Origin: Eledone cirrhosa
Lineage: Eukaryota
Assembly (NCBI GenBank): GCA_964016885.1
Contig: OZ024740.1
Coordinates: 298,406,001-298,470,000 of the forward strand
DNA length: 64,000 bases
Direction: 5' to 3'
In this document: positions 63,227 through 64,000 of the stretch, piece by piece
Layout of the letters: each line of letters starts with the position of its first letter
Position numbering within the stretch: position 1 is the stretch's first letter
The notes under the pieces: model-generated
Database searches by the model: none
Told to the model about the DNA's origin: nothing
The model's input: the letters and a program-made list of their open reading frames with translations, nothing else
Translations under genes and position numbers: made by a program

Positions 63227-63290
63227 ATTCTTTCTGACGACTGAAGACAGATATAAATATCTGTCTTCAAGAAACCACTGGTAAATGAAT
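63227..63290 (+). ncRNA. Hammerhead ribozyme motif with long stem II
   Basis: AUUCUUU CUGACGA C UGAAGACAGAUAU AA AUAUCUGUCUUCA A GAAA CCACUGG UA AAUGAAU. Confidence 0.7.
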
Positions 63291-63317
63291 TATCTTATGT
63301 TGTTTATTACATAACTC

Positions 63318-63398
<81 letters not shown>

Positions 63399-64000
63399 CC
63401 TCCCTCCTCTCTCTCTTTTTCTATATATATTATCCACTCTACTACCCTAAGTATTGAGTACTTTGGTGCGTTATGGTCCATCTAGTTCCTTACCACATTT
63501 CCTTCATTATATATATATATATATATATACACATATATATATATATAGAGAGAGGGTGTACCCCAAAACTGTATACATGCTCTTATAATGCTGTATACAT
63601 TTAATGTATGTATACATTTTTTGGAACACTCTGTATATATGGGATTTTAGCTTCAACTATCATTTTTTACTACCCTCTCTCTATATATATTGGACTATGG
63701 ACTATTTGAAATATATATATATACATATATATACAAATCAGATCAGCCAGAATCAGTTCCCGTAGGAGCAAGACAAGGTCAGCCGACCGGACACTGCTCA
63801 CAACAGGACAACCCGTCTAACCCATGCTAGCGTGGAAGAACGGACGTAAAACGGTGACGATGATGATGATATATATATCGAATATTATTATTAATATTCG
63901 AAAAACTCAGATTACATTTATTGTATTCAGCCATGTAGAGCGATAAACTATTTGTTAGTTATTTGAATATGGCAAAGCTGGCCATTAATTGCTTGTATAT

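Overview
AT-rich eukaryotic DNA. The (AT)n/(CAT)n microsatellites and the SINE, RTE, Helitron and MITE families look like an octopus (coleoid cephalopod) genome; this is inferred from the repeats, not from a search. Two spliced housekeeping genes lie head-to-head around 41490-41691. On the minus strand is KNTC1/Rough deal (RZZ kinetochore subunit): 24 phase-compatible GT-AG coding exons from ATG 38127 to 1414, about 778 aa, continuing past the left edge. On the plus strand is PNPT1 (mitochondrial PNPase): 5 exons from 41691 to 60112, continuing past the right edge. Introns are filled with mobile DNA (5'-truncated Tx1/L1-clade LINE, RTE/CR1/CRE fragments, non-autonomous Helitrons, a DD37D maT deletion derivative, TTAA-flanked MITEs, tRNA-headed SINEs, minisatellites). 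The most striking unexplained signal is about 12 type I hammerhead-ribozyme motifs from several sequence families, probably Penelope-like or retrozyme derived. Six are packed into 2.4 kb of one KNTC1 intron, and several sit in long fold-backs pairing the ribozyme with its own antisense. Also notable: a LINE inserted into a KNTC1 splice-acceptor tract, a Helitron fold-back, and a young 60-bp satellite arising inside a MITE. All calls were made by manual reading; repeat boundaries are approximate.
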